From Chloroflexota bacterium (GTDB taxonomy: Bacteria; Chloroflexota; Limnocylindria; Limnocylindrales; CSP1-4): a DNA stretch of 64,000 nt. Of the stretch, positions 9,157-19,133 are shown piece by piece. The number at the start of each line of letters is the position of its first letter. Position 1 is the stretch's first letter. The stretch lies in NCBI GenBank assembly GCA_005882635.1, contig VBFG01000040.1, forward strand, positions 32,249 through 96,248. Direction: 5' to 3'. Made by a program: the position numbers and the translations under genes. The notes below the pieces were generated by a model that was not told the origin of the DNA, did no database searches, and saw only the letters and a program-made list of their open reading frames with translations.

Positions 9157-9553
9157 CTCACTTTCCTCCTCGCGTCGCGCTTCGCAAGCGGCGGCTCGCA
9201 GGCCTCCTAGGCGACGTCGGACGCCTCCTGACTGTCCGGCGGATTCACTCGCCACCCCTATGGGACGGGTGCAGTCCCAAGCACTGCGAGTGGGCCTTGG
9301 TCCTCTGCGGCCTAGAGTAGCAGCGACGCTCCGAGGCGTCCCAGGCCGCAAGTCGTCATTCGTGGGACAGTGGTGCCCGGATGCACCAAACGCGTGGCAC
9401 GGGCGCCTGGGATGCGATCCCGCCACCACCACCAGGCCGAGGTCGAGCACGACTCAATTAGCTGGGCCAGAAGGCGCAGTACTATCGGCCCGGTGGATCA
9501 CGGACGCTCAATGGCGTGATTTCCCCAGCGCCCGTTCATCGGTGGAGGTTGCC

Positions 9554-9814
9554 ATGGGCATCATTGCGTGGATCGTTCTGGGAGCGATCGCAGGCTGGAT
9601 CACGAACATGATCATGGGCGGCACGGAGGGCGTGATCGCGACGATCATCCTAGGCATCGTGGGAGCGGTCGTCGGCGGCTGGCTGGCCGGCACGGTGCTC
9701 AAGGTCGCCGACGTGACCGGCATCAACATCGAGAGCATCGTCGTCTCAGTGATCGGTGCGATCATTGTCGTGGCGGTCTATCGGCTGGTGGTCGGTCGAC
9801 GAACCGCTGTCTGA
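9554..9814 (+). CDS. GlsB/YeaQ/YmgE family stress-response membrane protein
   Basis: MGIIAWIVLGAIAGWITNMIMGG...ILGIVGAVVGGWLAG. GGTGGAGG lies 6 nt upstream of the ATG. Confidence 0.85.
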   Translation: MGIIAWIVLGAIAGWITNMIMGGTEGVIATIILGIVGAVVGGWLAGTVLKVADVTGINIESIVVSVIGAIIVVAVYRLVVGRRTAV

Positions 9815-9851
9815 CGCCTCCACGTCGTAGCGCGACGCCGCCCGGACGTTA

Positions 9852-9879
9852 GTCGAGGGCGAGCGCGCCCGCCCTCGAC
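9852..9879 (+). terminator. Hairpin after the GlsB-family gene
   Basis: 10-bp stem GTCGAGGGCG / CGCCCTCGAC with an 8-nt loop, 38 nt after the stop. There is no clear U-tract. Confidence 0.45.
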
Positions 9880-10082
9880 CTCTAGACCGCCGGAACGGCG
9901 ACCCTGCGACCGTCGGGAGGGATGCCTATACCCTCTGCCCGAGGTCGAGGGTCGTGGAACCGCAGGACGCCGTCGCCGTCCCGCCGGTCCGACAGAATCG
10001 CGAATCGCACAATAACCCGGGTGTCTTCGCTCGCCCGGTTCGTGCGCCCCGCCGAGACGCCTACACCGCTTGGAGCCTCAAG

Positions 10083-10124
10083 GCTCCCAAAGCACGTGAG
10101 TTAGCCGGCTACGCCACACCCCGC
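10083..10124 (-). pseudogene. tRNA-Pro 5'-half fragment (acceptor 5' strand through anticodon loop)
   Basis: 39 of 41 nt are identical to 6721..6761 in the same orientation. Identity stops 2 nt past the anticodon loop, and there is no T arm or 3' acceptor strand downstream. Confidence 0.8.
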
Positions 10125-10242
10125 GGCGCGGATCGTACCCTGCATCCAGCAGGGCCGGCCACGGTACGAGCGGGGTGATCTCAACCGACGGCCTGTGCGC
10201 ATCATCCGGCATCGACGTCGGAACGCTGGACGAGGGACGCAC

Positions 10243-11058
10243 ATGACCACGCGACTTGGCGGGCGAGCCGGCTGGGACCAGGCCCTGACCGTGCCCTTCC
10301 GCTTGACCCTGATCGGCCAGGCGGCGGCCGGGCTCGTCTTCGGGGTCGCCCCGATCGTCGCCGTCGCGACCTATGCCAACGCGATCGGGTTCACAGGGAC
10401 GGACCCGCTCGTGTACCGGCTCGGTGGCGCCGCCACCGCGGGCTATGTCACGGTGCCACTGCTCGCCCTGGCCTGGCGGAGCGGCTGGCGGCAGATCCGG
10501 ATCGCCGCCCTGGCGACGGCGACCTACACGGTGGGCGCGTTCGTGGCGAGCGTCTGGGAGTACACGACCGGCGCGAAGCAACCAATCGTCACGTTCGTCA
10601 TCGTCGCCGGCGCGCTGTTCAGCGTCGTCGCCGCGTACTGGCTCCTGCGGGACGACGCGCCCGAGGAGGATCCCGGTCGGAACCTATCGAGCCCGGCGCG
10701 GGCGATCCTCGTCCTGGCCACGATCTCGGCCGCGACGTTCGGCCTCCTCCCGCTGCTCGCTCCGAGCGTCTTCGCCAGCCTGTTCGGCCAGGTCGGCACC
10801 GACACCTGGGTCTTCCGCCTCGCCGGGGCCGGCTGTCTCGGCTATGCGACGGCCGGGATCGCCAGCCTGATGGCGCCGGGGTATCGAGTCGTCCGCCTGC
10901 AGAACTTCGCGGCGATCACCTTCAACGCGCTGGGCGCCACCAGCGCCTGGCTCGCGATCATCACCGGTGGCGGTGGACTACTCGCGCCGGTCGTGGCCGC
11001 GGCGGCGACGTTCTTCAGCGTCGCGCTGATCTGGGTCGACCGGACGCACGCCGAGTAG
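10243..11058 (+). CDS. Hypothetical polytopic membrane protein with internal duplication
   Basis: ORF 10195..11058, with ATG 10243 chosen as start. The halves share GFTGTDPLVYRLGGAATAGY versus GQVGTDTWVFRLAGAGCLGY. Multiple hydrophobic segments. Confidence 0.6.
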   Translation: MTTRLGGRAGWDQALTVPFRLTLIGQAAAGLVFGVAPIVAVATYANAIGFTGTDPLVYRLGGAATAGYVTVPLLALAWRSGWRQIRIAALATATYTVGAFVASVWEYTTGAKQPIVTFVIVAGALFSVVAAYWLLRDDAPEEDPGRNLSSPARAILVLATISAATFGLLPLLAPSVFASLFGQVGTDTWVFRLAGAGCLGYATAGIASLMAPGYRVVRLQNFAAITFNALGATSAWLAIITGGGGLLAPVVAAAATFFSVALIWVDRTHAE

Positions 11059-11226
11059 GAAAGGGCTGTCGCGCCTGGACGCCGATGGCGACGTGGTGAC
11101 GCCGGGCGATCGATCAGCCTGCCAGTGACCGCCCGGCGTCACGACCTCAGACGGACGAGGACTGCATGGTGATGCGCCACGAACTCCAGTAGCGCGAGTA
11201 GCTGCGGGTAGCTACACTGGCCGGCA

Positions 11227-12663
11227 ATGTCCGACCCCGCGGCAGGGGACCCGCCATTGCCGTCGTCCCGCGCCCGCCGACCCACCGACCGCTCCCAGGC
11301 TCGACCCGTCCGGCCCGCCAGCCGAACGAGCGACATCCGCCGGCTGATCGCCGCGACGGCGTCGTCCATCGTTCCCGGCTCCGGCCAGGCGCTCAACCTC
11401 CGGCTGCGGCCCGCGCTGTTCTTCGGACTGCCGACGGCGCTGATCGTCCTCGTCGCGTGGCTGATCGCCCACTCGGATCGGTCGGCGGCGGTTCTCGCCA
11501 GGCTGATCTCCCCGGAGATCCTGGGCGCGCTGCTGCTCCTCAACGTCGCCGTCCTGCTGTGGCGCGTGCTCGCGTTGTTCCAGGCGTTCTCCGACCGGCG
11601 CTACCCGGGGCAGCCCGGCCGGCTCGGCGGCGTCGGGCTCGTCGCGCTCCTCGCGTTCACCGTCGTGCCCCACGCCGCCGCGTGGAACGCGGGGAGTGCG
11701 GCGCAGGAGATGTTCGCCGAGATCTTCGCGGGCTCGACCGTCCGTTCGGTTTCGGGCCCGCTCCCGGAGGACCGGCAGCGCCTCAACGTGCTGCTCATCG
11801 GGGTCGACTCGGGGCCGGGCCGGACGGAGGCGCTGACGGATTCGCTGATCGTCGTCTCGCTCGACCCGGTCGGGCGGACGGTGTCGATGGTGTCGATCCC
11901 GCGCGACCTCGCCGGCGTCCCGCTGGGGAACGGCGACACGTACGGGCCGAAGATCAACTCGCTGATGACCTTCGCGGATCTCCATCCCGCGGACTTCCCG
12001 GCTGGCGGCATCCGCACGCTCGAGAACGCGGTCGGCGCCCTCCTCGGGATCCCGATCCACGCCTACGCGACCGTCGACCTGACCGGGTTCGTGGCCATGG
12101 TGGACGCCGTCGGCGGCGTCGACATCGACGTCGAACGGCCGCTCGCCGACGCGAAGTACGGCGGCTTCGGGGTCGGCCCCGGTTGGTCGGTCGAGCCGGG
12201 CCGGCATCATTTCGACGGCGCCAACGCGCTCGCCTATGCCCGCATCCGGAAGTCTCCGGGCGAGTCCGACTTCACGCGGGCGGCCCGCCAGCAGCAGATC
12301 CTCGTCGCCCTGCGCGACCGGGCAGTCTCGGTCGGGGTGCTGGTCGATCTCCCGATCCTGATCCGGGCTGTGGGATCGACCGTCCGGACGGACCTGCCGG
12401 CCGATCGCCTGGCGCAGCTGGCCGGCCTCGCGGATCAGATCGGGGCGTCCTCCACGGTGAAGGTCGTCCTCACGTCCTCGATGATCAGGTCCGGGGGTTC
12501 GACGAAGTATGGCTCGGTCTGGCTGGCGGTCCCGTCGCGGATCGCCGCCATGACGAAAGTCGTGTTCGGCCCGCCGGGTGCCGATCCGACCTGGCCGGTG
12601 CCGGTCGTCCCCGTGCCCAATCCGGATGCGCGCGAGGCGCCGACCAGGGCGGGGAGGCTCTAG
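11227..12663 (+). CDS. LCP (LytR-CpsA-Psr) family glycopolymer-peptidoglycan ligase
   Basis: LNVLLIGVDSGPGRTEALTDSLIVVSLDP...VSIPRDL...GANALAYARIRK...DFTRAARQQQIL. N-terminal TM segments present. Confidence 0.85.
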   Translation: MSDPAAGDPPLPSSRARRPTDRSQARPVRPASRTSDIRRLIAATASSIVPGSGQALNLRLRPALFFGLPTALIVLVAWLIAHSDRSAAVLARLISPEILGALLLLNVAVLLWRVLALFQAFSDRRYPGQPGRLGGVGLVALLAFTVVPHAAAWNAGSAAQEMFAEIFAGSTVRSVSGPLPEDRQRLNVLLIGVDSGPGRTEALTDSLIVVSLDPVGRTVSMVSIPRDLAGVPLGNGDTYGPKINSLMTFADLHPADFPAGGIRTLENAVGALLGIPIHAYATVDLTGFVAMVDAVGGVDIDVERPLADAKYGGFGVGPGWSVEPGRHHFDGANALAYARIRKSPGESDFTRAARQQQILVALRDRAVSVGVLVDLPILIRAVGSTVRTDLPADRLAQLAGLADQIGASSTVKVVLTSSMIRSGGSTKYGSVWLAVPSRIAAMTKVVFGPPGADPTWPVPVVPVPNPDAREAPTRAGRL

Positions 12664-13244
12664 GCGTCCGGCGGTGGGAACCGCCCCTCGGGCGGAGACC
12701 ACGCGGCGAACCGGTCGAGCAGCCGGTCGAGGTCGTCGTCGCGGAGGAGCAGGCGGCGGTGCCGCTCGGCAATGAACCCTTCGGCGACGGCGTAGTCGAG
12801 GAACGCCTCCAGGGCGGCGAAGTAGCCGCCGATGTCGAGGAGGGCGATCGGCTTGGCGTGGAGGTCGAGCTGCGCCCACGACACCACCTCGGCCAGCTCC
12901 TCGAGCGTGCCGAGGCCGCCGGGCAGGGCGATGAAGGCGTCGGCCAGCTCGGCCATCTGCGCCTTCCGCTCGTGGAGGCTGTCGACGATCCGCAGCTCGC
13001 TGACGTTCGGGTGGGCGAGCTCGCGGTCGACGAGGCCGCGCGGGATCACGCCGACGACGCGGCCGCCGGCCGCCAGCGCGCCGTCGGCGACGGCGCCCAT
13101 CAGCCCGAGCCGGCCGCCTCCGTAGACGAGCTGGATCCCGCGCTCGGCGAGGCGCCGGCCGACCCCGGCAGCGGCCGCTGCATAGCGCGGATCGCGGCCG
13201 CGGCTGGCCCCGCAGAACACGCACACGGAGCGAATGACCGGCAT
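12660..13244 (-). CDS. LOG family / TIGR00730 Rossmann-fold nucleotide-binding protein
   Basis: MPVIRSVCVFCGAS...LVYGGGRLGLMGAVA...PGGLGTLEEL, read from the internal ATG at 13244. Confidence 0.85.
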   Translation of the reverse strand: MPVIRSVCVFCGASRGRDPRYAAAAAGVGRRLAERGIQLVYGGGRLGLMGAVADGALAAGGRVVGVIPRGLVDRELAHPNVSELRIVDSLHERKAQMAELADAFIALPGGLGTLEELAEVVSWAQLDLHAKPIALLDIGGYFAALEAFLDYAVAEGFIAERHRRLLLRDDDLDRLLDRFAAWSPPEGRFPPPDA

Positions 13245-13261
13245 GCTGCCCCCGGCTCCGA

Positions 13262-13921
13262 TCAGAACCCGAGCTCGCGGAGGATCGGCGCCATCCGGCG
13301 CGCCGCGCGTCCGCGGTGGGAGACCGCGTTCTTGTCCGCGGCGGACCACAGGCCGAACGTTCGGCCGCCGGGCGGCTCCCCTGCTGGCTCGAAGATCGGG
13401 TCGTAGCCGAACCCGTTCGTGCCGCGGGGCGCCTTCGCGATCCGGCCGTGGGTCGTTCCGCGGACGACCCGCATCGGGACGGCGGCGCGGGAGCGGCGGC
13501 CGGCGCCGGCGTCGCCCGCGGGCGGCAGCGCCAGCGCCAGGACGCAGACGTAGCGTGCGCCGCGCTCTGCCGACGGCAGGCCGTCGAGCTCGGCGAGGAG
13601 CTTCGCGTTGTTGTCGGCGTCGGTCGCGGCCGGGCCGGCGTAGCGACGGGTCCTCACGCCGGGCCCTCCACCCAGCGCCTCGACCTCCAGTCCGGAATCG
13701 TCGGCGAGCGTCGCGAGACCGGTCTGGCGAGCGCCGAACCGGGCCTTGATCCGGGCGTTCGTCTCGAATGTCTTGCCGCTCTCATCCGGGTCCTCCTCGA
13801 TCCCCAGGTCGTCGAGGCCGACGAGCTCACCTCGCTCCAGGTCGAGCAGCTCTCGGAGCTCGGCCAGCTTGTGGACGGAATGCGTGGCGACCAGCAGCCG
13901 CGGCCGGGTCGTGGCGCTCAC
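13262..13921 (-). CDS. rdgB: RdgB/HAM1 non-canonical purine NTP pyrophosphatase
   Basis: LLVATHSVHKLAELREL...ESGKTFETNARIKA...ADDSGLEVEALGGGPGVRTRRY...GFGYDPIF. The GTG start at 13921 is tentative. Confidence 0.8.
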   Translation of the reverse strand: MSATTRPRLLVATHSVHKLAELRELLDLERGELVGLDDLGIEEDPDESGKTFETNARIKARFGARQTGLATLADDSGLEVEALGGGPGVRTRRYAGPAATDADNNAKLLAELDGLPSAERGARYVCVLALALPPAGDAGAGRRSRAAVPMRVVRGTTHGRIAKAPRGTNGFGYDPIFEPAGEPPGGRTFGLWSAADKNAVSHRGRAARRMAPILRELGF

Positions 13922-14117
13922 CGGCGGCGACTCGCGGCCAGGCAGCGTGTCGGGCGTCGGGAGACTGAACGAACGAAGGAGCGACAACTCCTGCCGGGTT
14001 CCGGGCGTTGGTCGCCCGGAACAGGGGTGAAGCCGCGAAGCGCACGGCTTCCTCCGTCGCATCGGGCGCGGGGCGCCCGATGAAGCGGGCCGAGTCGGGA
14101 CGCCGAAGCCCGCCTGA

Positions 14118-14852
14118 TCACCGCCGGACGGTGGCCAGGATCTCGGTCTGCGCCGCGAACAGCTGCTCCAACCCTGCCGAGGCCAGGTCCATCAGGCCGT
14201 CCATCGCCGCGCGGTCGAACGGTCGCCCCTCGGCCGTCCCCTGGACCTCGACGAACGTTCCGGCGTCGGTCCCGACGACGTTGAAGTCGACGTCGGCGCG
14301 CGAGTCCTCGCTGTAGTCGAGGTCCAGCAGCGGCTCTCCGTCGACGAGCCCGACGCTGACCGCCGCGACCCGCCCGACGAGGTGGCGGTCCATCCCGTAC
14401 GTGATCATCGCCGCGGCCAGGGCGACGTAACCGCCGGTGATCGACGCGGTGCGCGTCCCGCCGTCGGCCTGGAGGACGTCGCAGTCGACCGTGATCGTCC
14501 GCTCGCCGAGCCGCGTCAGGTCGACCGCGTCGCGCAGCGACCGGCCGATCAGCCGCTGGATCTCGTGGGTCCGACCGCCGAGCCGGCCCTTGACCGACTC
14601 GCGATCCGTCCGCTCAGCCGTGGCCCGCGGCAGCATCGAGTACTCCGCCGTGACCCAGCCGGTGCCCTTGCCGCGGAGGTGCGGCGGCACACGGTCGGCG
14701 ATCGTCGCGGCGCACAGCACCTGGGTGTCGCCGAAGCGGACGATGCACGATCCCTCGGCCCATTTCTGCACGCCGAGCTGGAAGCTGACCGGCCGCAGCT
14801 GGGTCGCGACCCGTCCGTCGGCGCGGACCGCCGGGCGATTGCCGATCGTCAT
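14118..14852 (-). CDS. rph: Ribonuclease PH
   Basis: [15 protein letters not shown]...[13 protein letters not shown]...[24 protein letters not shown]...[18 protein letters not shown]. Confidence 0.92.
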   Translation of the reverse strand: MTIGNRPAVRADGRVATQLRPVSFQLGVQKWAEGSCIVRFGDTQVLCAATIADRVPPHLRGKGTGWVTAEYSMLPRATAERTDRESVKGRLGGRTHEIQRLIGRSLRDAVDLTRLGERTITVDCDVLQADGGTRTASITGGYVALAAAMITYGMDRHLVGRVAAVSVGLVDGEPLLDLDYSEDSRADVDFNVVGTDAGTFVEVQGTAEGRPFDRAAMDGLMDLASAGLEQLFAAQTEILATVRR

Positions 14853-16057
14853 CGGGCGACCTCCTGCTGGCCGGCTCCCGGGACGGCCTTCTCCTGTGCC
14901 TTGGCAGCGTCCCACAGCGCGTCGAGCTCGTCGAACGACAGGTCCTTGAGCGCGACGCCTCGATCGGCCGCCTGCCGCTCGACGCTCGCGAAGCGGCGGC
15001 GGAACTTGTCGTTGGCCGACCGGAGGGCGGCCTCGGCCTCGATCCCCTGCCACCGAGCGACGTTGACGAGGACGAACAGGAGGTCACCGTACTCCTCGGC
15101 CTGCTCGGCCGGCGTCGCCGCGGCCCGGAGCTCGGCGAGCTCCTCGTGGACCTTCTCGAGGACGCCCTCGACCGACGGCCACTCGTAGCCGATGTTCGCG
15201 GCGCGTTCCTGCATCTCCTGGCTCGCCGCGAGGGCCGGCAGGATCCGACTGACACCGTCGAGGGCGCCCTTCGGCCGATCGGTCGTCCCGCCCTCCTCGC
15301 CGGCGCCGCGCCGCTCGTCGGCCTTGATCCGCTCCCACTGGCGGTTGACGTCACTGGCGGTCCGGACCTCGGCGTCGCCGAAGACGTGGGGGTGGCGGCG
15401 GACGATCTTCGAGGCGATCGCGGCGTTGACGTCGGTCAGGTCGAACACGCCGGCCTCGGCCGCGAGCTGGGCGTGGAGGACCACCTGGAGCAGGAGGTCG
15501 CCGAGCTCCTCGGCGAGGGCCGGCGTGGCCCCGGCCCCGAGCGCGTCGTAGACCTCGTACGCCTCCTCGAGGAGGTGATTGCGGAGCGTCTCGTGGGTCT
15601 GCTCGCGGTCCCACGGGCAGCCGTCCGGCAGCCGCAGGCGGTGCGAGATCCAGGGCATCGCCCACGGGCTCGCGACCGCGTCCTCCCGGGCGACCGGTCC
15701 GAGATAGAGCGGCGCGCCGAGCATCTCGGCGGTCAGGGCGCCGACGGTCGACGCCTCGGCGACCCCGAACCGCCCGACGGGATGGTCTGCCGGATACAAC
15801 CGGCGGAGGACGGTGATCGGGTCGGCGCCGGCGGGGCCGTGCCGGCCAGGCAGGACCGGGGCAAGGTCGGCCGGCGCCGAGGTCGCGGCGACGACCGCCG
15901 CCTCGTCCAGGCGCAGCACGGCCGCGGGCACGATCAGGGCCGGCCGCGCCGGCTCGAGCGGCGACCGGGCGAGCGTCTCTGCCGCCAGGACCTGAAGGCC
16001 GTCGACCAGATCGAGGTCCCAGCGGAGCCGCGCCTCGGCGACGAGCGCATCGAGCAC
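14849..16057 (-). CDS. mazG: MazG-family nucleoside triphosphate pyrophosphohydrolase (YabN-like, with truncated N-terminal domain)
   Basis: [26 protein letters not shown]...[10 protein letters not shown], plus a second MazG repeat EELAELR...[14 protein letters not shown]. The stop overlaps the rph start (ATGA). Confidence 0.8.
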   Translation of the reverse strand: MLDALVAEARLRWDLDLVDGLQVLAAETLARSPLEPARPALIVPAAVLRLDEAAVVAATSAPADLAPVLPGRHGPAGADPITVLRRLYPADHPVGRFGVAEASTVGALTAEMLGAPLYLGPVAREDAVASPWAMPWISHRLRLPDGCPWDREQTHETLRNHLLEEAYEVYDALGAGATPALAEELGDLLLQVVLHAQLAAEAGVFDLTDVNAAIASKIVRRHPHVFGDAEVRTASDVNRQWERIKADERRGAGEEGGTTDRPKGALDGVSRILPALAASQEMQERAANIGYEWPSVEGVLEKVHEELAELRAAATPAEQAEEYGDLLFVLVNVARWQGIEAEAALRSANDKFRRRFASVERQAADRGVALKDLSFDELDALWDAAKAQEKAVPGAGQQEVAR

Positions 16058-16070
16058 GGCCGTCGCGGCC

Positions 16071-17810
16071 CTACGGCGTCGGGCTCGACGCCGGCAGCAG
16101 ATCGCGGGTGATCTTCACCGCGTCCTTCTTCGGCGTGTACCAGTGGTTGAACGCGCTGTCCTTGATCGTCGCGAGCTGGTCCTTGTCGGGGACAGCCGTC
16201 TTCTCCTGGAGGACCTTGAACAGGTAGAGGCCGTCGCCCGGCACGTCGACGACGTCGCTCAGGCCGTTCGCCGGCGCGGCGAAGATCGCCTGGGTGAGGC
16301 GGTCGTCGAGCTGGCCGTTGGCGACCCAGCCGATGTCGCCGCCGCTGCCCGAGTGGGGTCCTTCCGAGAAGTCCCGGATGAGATCGCTGAACGGCGTCCC
16401 TCCAACCGCCTGCGCCCTGAGCTTCGCCATCTCGTCGCTGTCCGGCGGCCGGTACATGACCTGCACGACGTGCCAGCCGAAGGCGCTCTTGAACGGCGGC
16501 AGGATCTGGCCGGGCTGGAGGCCTTCGGCGAGGATCGCCGCGGCAAAGTCCGAGTCGAGGCCGTTCGTCTCGCTGTTCTCGTCGAGGTACGGCAGCTTGC
16601 CACCCGTCCCGTCGTCCCCCCTGGCCGGCGTCTCGTCGCTCTCCTTCCGGGCGATCGCGTCGAACTGGGTCGGGTTCTTCTGGAGGGTCTCGTAGGCCTT
16701 CTGCGCCTTCTGCTGGGCCTCGGCCCAGCTGGGGTCGGTCTCGGGGACCTTCGACGCGTTGCTCGGATCGCCCTTCGGCGAGTACAGGATGTGGCGGACC
16801 TTGATCGCCTTCTCGCCGAGCGTCGCCGGCGCCTGGGCGATATACAGCTCCGCGACGCGGCGCTGCAGTCCCGAGGCACTGTCAGCGGTGACGAGCTTGT
16901 CCTCGAGCGCCTGGCGGATCGCCTCCGACGTCATCGCGGCGCGGTACGACGCCTGGCTGATCTTGGCGTCTGCCAGCTTCTGGTCCCAGGCGCCATCGAC
17001 CTCGGCGGGGGCGATCTCTGTCACCCGACCGATCCGATAGGTTCCGTCTTCGCCGAGGATGACGTCGGTGACGCCGTTGACATCGAGCTTGAACAGCGCC
17101 GCCTCCCAGGCGGGATCCTCCGACGCGGTGTCGTCGATCCAGCCCAGGTCGCCGCCGTTCGCCTTCGTCGAATCGGTCGACACCGACTTCGCGACGTCCT
17201 CGAACGGCTTCCCGGCCTTGATCGAGGCGAGGGCGTCGTCGGCGGCCTTCTTCGCGTCGGCCTTGGCGGCCGCCGTCGGCTCGGTCTGGCCCGTCGCGAC
17301 CGTCGGTTCGACGGCGATCAGCCAGATGTGTCGCTCTTCCTTGCGCGTCTTCTCGTCGAGGATCCGCTGATCGACCTGGGCGTCCGTGACGGTCACTCCC
17401 TCGCCGGCCGCGAGCTTCGACTGGATCTGGGTGTCGATCAGCTTCTCCAGCACGGCCGCGATGAACGTGTTCGTGTCGAGCTGGCTCGTGATCGACGTGC
17501 TCCGCGACTGGGCCTGTTGCTGGGTCATCCGACCCGCGGCCACCTCCGAATTGATCCGGTTCACCTGCTGCTGCAGCCGGAACGCCTCCACCTGCGCGCG
17601 GTCGTTGAACTGGTCCTTGGTGATCGTCTGGCCGTCGACCGTGGCGGCCGCTGCCAGGTGCTGGCCATACCACGTCGTGGCGCCGACGACGACGAGAATG
17701 AGCACGGCGATCACGACCGCGAGCCCGAACCCGACGTTCATGTAGAGGTTGCGCCGATTTCGGTCGAGATCGGTCCGGCCGCGATCGACTGGCCTGACTC
17801 GGAAGGTCAT
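16071..17810 (-). CDS. Membrane-anchored peptidylprolyl isomerase (parvulin, SurA/PrsA-like)
   Basis: N-terminal TM segment VGFGLAVVIAVLILVVV. Parvulin signatures KVRHILYSP and FGWHVVQVMYRP. Confidence 0.75.
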   Translation of the reverse strand: MTFRVRPVDRGRTDLDRNRRNLYMNVGFGLAVVIAVLILVVVGATTWYGQHLAAAATVDGQTITKDQFNDRAQVEAFRLQQQVNRINSEVAAGRMTQQQAQSRSTSITSQLDTNTFIAAVLEKLIDTQIQSKLAAGEGVTVTDAQVDQRILDEKTRKEERHIWLIAVEPTVATGQTEPTAAAKADAKKAADDALASIKAGKPFEDVAKSVSTDSTKANGGDLGWIDDTASEDPAWEAALFKLDVNGVTDVILGEDGTYRIGRVTEIAPAEVDGAWDQKLADAKISQASYRAAMTSEAIRQALEDKLVTADSASGLQRRVAELYIAQAPATLGEKAIKVRHILYSPKGDPSNASKVPETDPSWAEAQQKAQKAYETLQKNPTQFDAIARKESDETPARGDDGTGGKLPYLDENSETNGLDSDFAAAILAEGLQPGQILPPFKSAFGWHVVQVMYRPPDSDEMAKLRAQAVGGTPFSDLIRDFSEGPHSGSGGDIGWVANGQLDDRLTQAIFAAPANGLSDVVDVPGDGLYLFKVLQEKTAVPDKDQLATIKDSAFNHWYTPKKDAVKITRDLLPASSPTP

Positions 17811-17925
17811 GGGGTGATGAGGTCCTGATGATGCAAGGGAGATGGGCGGCTGACGCCGCCGGACGGGCCGGTATCGTACCGCACCCAGCCGCCGCCTCCG
17901 GACCGCTGGTCAGCGGCAGCGCGAG

Positions 17926-19095
17926 TCAGCGGCGGGCCAGCCGATCGACGAGGGCGACATACCCGCCCGATTCTCGCTCCCAGCTGCGCTCCGCGACGAT
18001 GACGGCAGTCGCGCTGATGGCGGCGTCGCGTCGGACCGGGTCGTCGACGATTGCTTCGATCGCAGCGGCGAGCGATCCCGCGTCGCCGGGCTCGTACGTC
18101 CGGATCGTGCCGGGCGGAAACGACGCCTCGACCATCGGCAACCGGCTGGCCACGACCGGCTTGCCCAACGCCGCGTACTCGAAGATCTTGGTCGAGAGGC
18201 TGACGTCGGTGAACGGATCGCGGCGGGTCGGCGCGAGGCCGATGTCCGCGGCGGCGATCGCCCCGGGGACGTCGTCGATCGGGATCCGGCCGTGGAAGGC
18301 GACCCGGTCGCCGAGCCCGAGGCGGACGGCCTGCTCGCGCCAGGCCGGCTCGGCGTCGCCCCGGCCGTAGACGTCGAGGCTGACGTCCAGGGCCGGACGG
18401 GCGGAGCGCAGCCGGGCGATCGCGCCGAGGACGGCGTCGACCTCGTAGATCGGTGTCAGCGCCCCGGCGTACACGAGCCGGACCGTGCCGTCGGCCTCGA
18501 ACGGGCGGCGCGGGTAGGCGCGAGGATCGAACCGCACGATCGAGGGCGTGTTGCCGACGACGTGGACCTTGTCGCTCGCGACGCCCAGCCCGACGAGCCG
18601 GTCCGCCATCGCGGCATTGACGGTCACGACGGCGGAGGCGATCGCAATCGATGCCCGCTCCTGGACGAGGAGGGCCTTGTGGGCGAGCGGGTTCGATGCG
18701 CGCGGGAACCGGCTCCGGAAGAACTCCGGCATCGCCTCGTGCAGGTCGAGCAGGAGCGGGACACCGGCGAGCCGCAGCGGGAGCGCCGCGAACGCGAGGA
18801 AATCCGGCAGGCTGTGGACCTGGACGAGCCCGTACCGCCGGCGGCGGTGGGCGCGGGCGAGCTGCCAGCCGGACCGGATTCCGAACGAGACGTACTCGCG
18901 GAGATAGGTCCGGATCCCGGCGCCCTGGTGGCGCTGCACGTCCAGCCGCCGGACGCGAACCCCGTCGACGACCCCGTCGGGCGGATCGTCGCGGCGTCGG
19001 AGGGCGAACACGTCGACCTCGCGACCGGTCGCGATGAGCGCCTCCGCCTCGCGCCGAACGCGCGGATCCTCGTCGTAGTACGCGTGAACGATCAT
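17926..19095 (-). CDS. Glycosyltransferase family 4
   Basis: Internal ATG at 19095 (MIVHAYYDEDPRVRREAEAL). GT-B C-terminal pattern VSLSTKIFEYAALGKPVV. Confidence 0.8.
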   Translation of the reverse strand: MIVHAYYDEDPRVRREAEALIATGREVDVFALRRRDDPPDGVVDGVRVRRLDVQRHQGAGIRTYLREYVSFGIRSGWQLARAHRRRRYGLVQVHSLPDFLAFAALPLRLAGVPLLLDLHEAMPEFFRSRFPRASNPLAHKALLVQERASIAIASAVVTVNAAMADRLVGLGVASDKVHVVGNTPSIVRFDPRAYPRRPFEADGTVRLVYAGALTPIYEVDAVLGAIARLRSARPALDVSLDVYGRGDAEPAWREQAVRLGLGDRVAFHGRIPIDDVPGAIAAADIGLAPTRRDPFTDVSLSTKIFEYAALGKPVVASRLPMVEASFPPGTIRTYEPGDAGSLAAAIEAIVDDPVRRDAAISATAVIVAERSWERESGGYVALVDRLARR

Positions 19096-19133
19096 CGCGA
19101 CCGGTGCCCGGTCGCGGCCGCTGCTCGGGGCGT

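Noticed and set aside
10083-10124. The tRNA-Pro fragment could be the 5' exon of an intron-interrupted tRNA gene.
   Set aside because: No T-arm (GGTTCGAAT) or 3' acceptor strand appears within several hundred nt downstream on the minus strand. That space is occupied by the plus-strand GlsB-family CDS and its hairpins.
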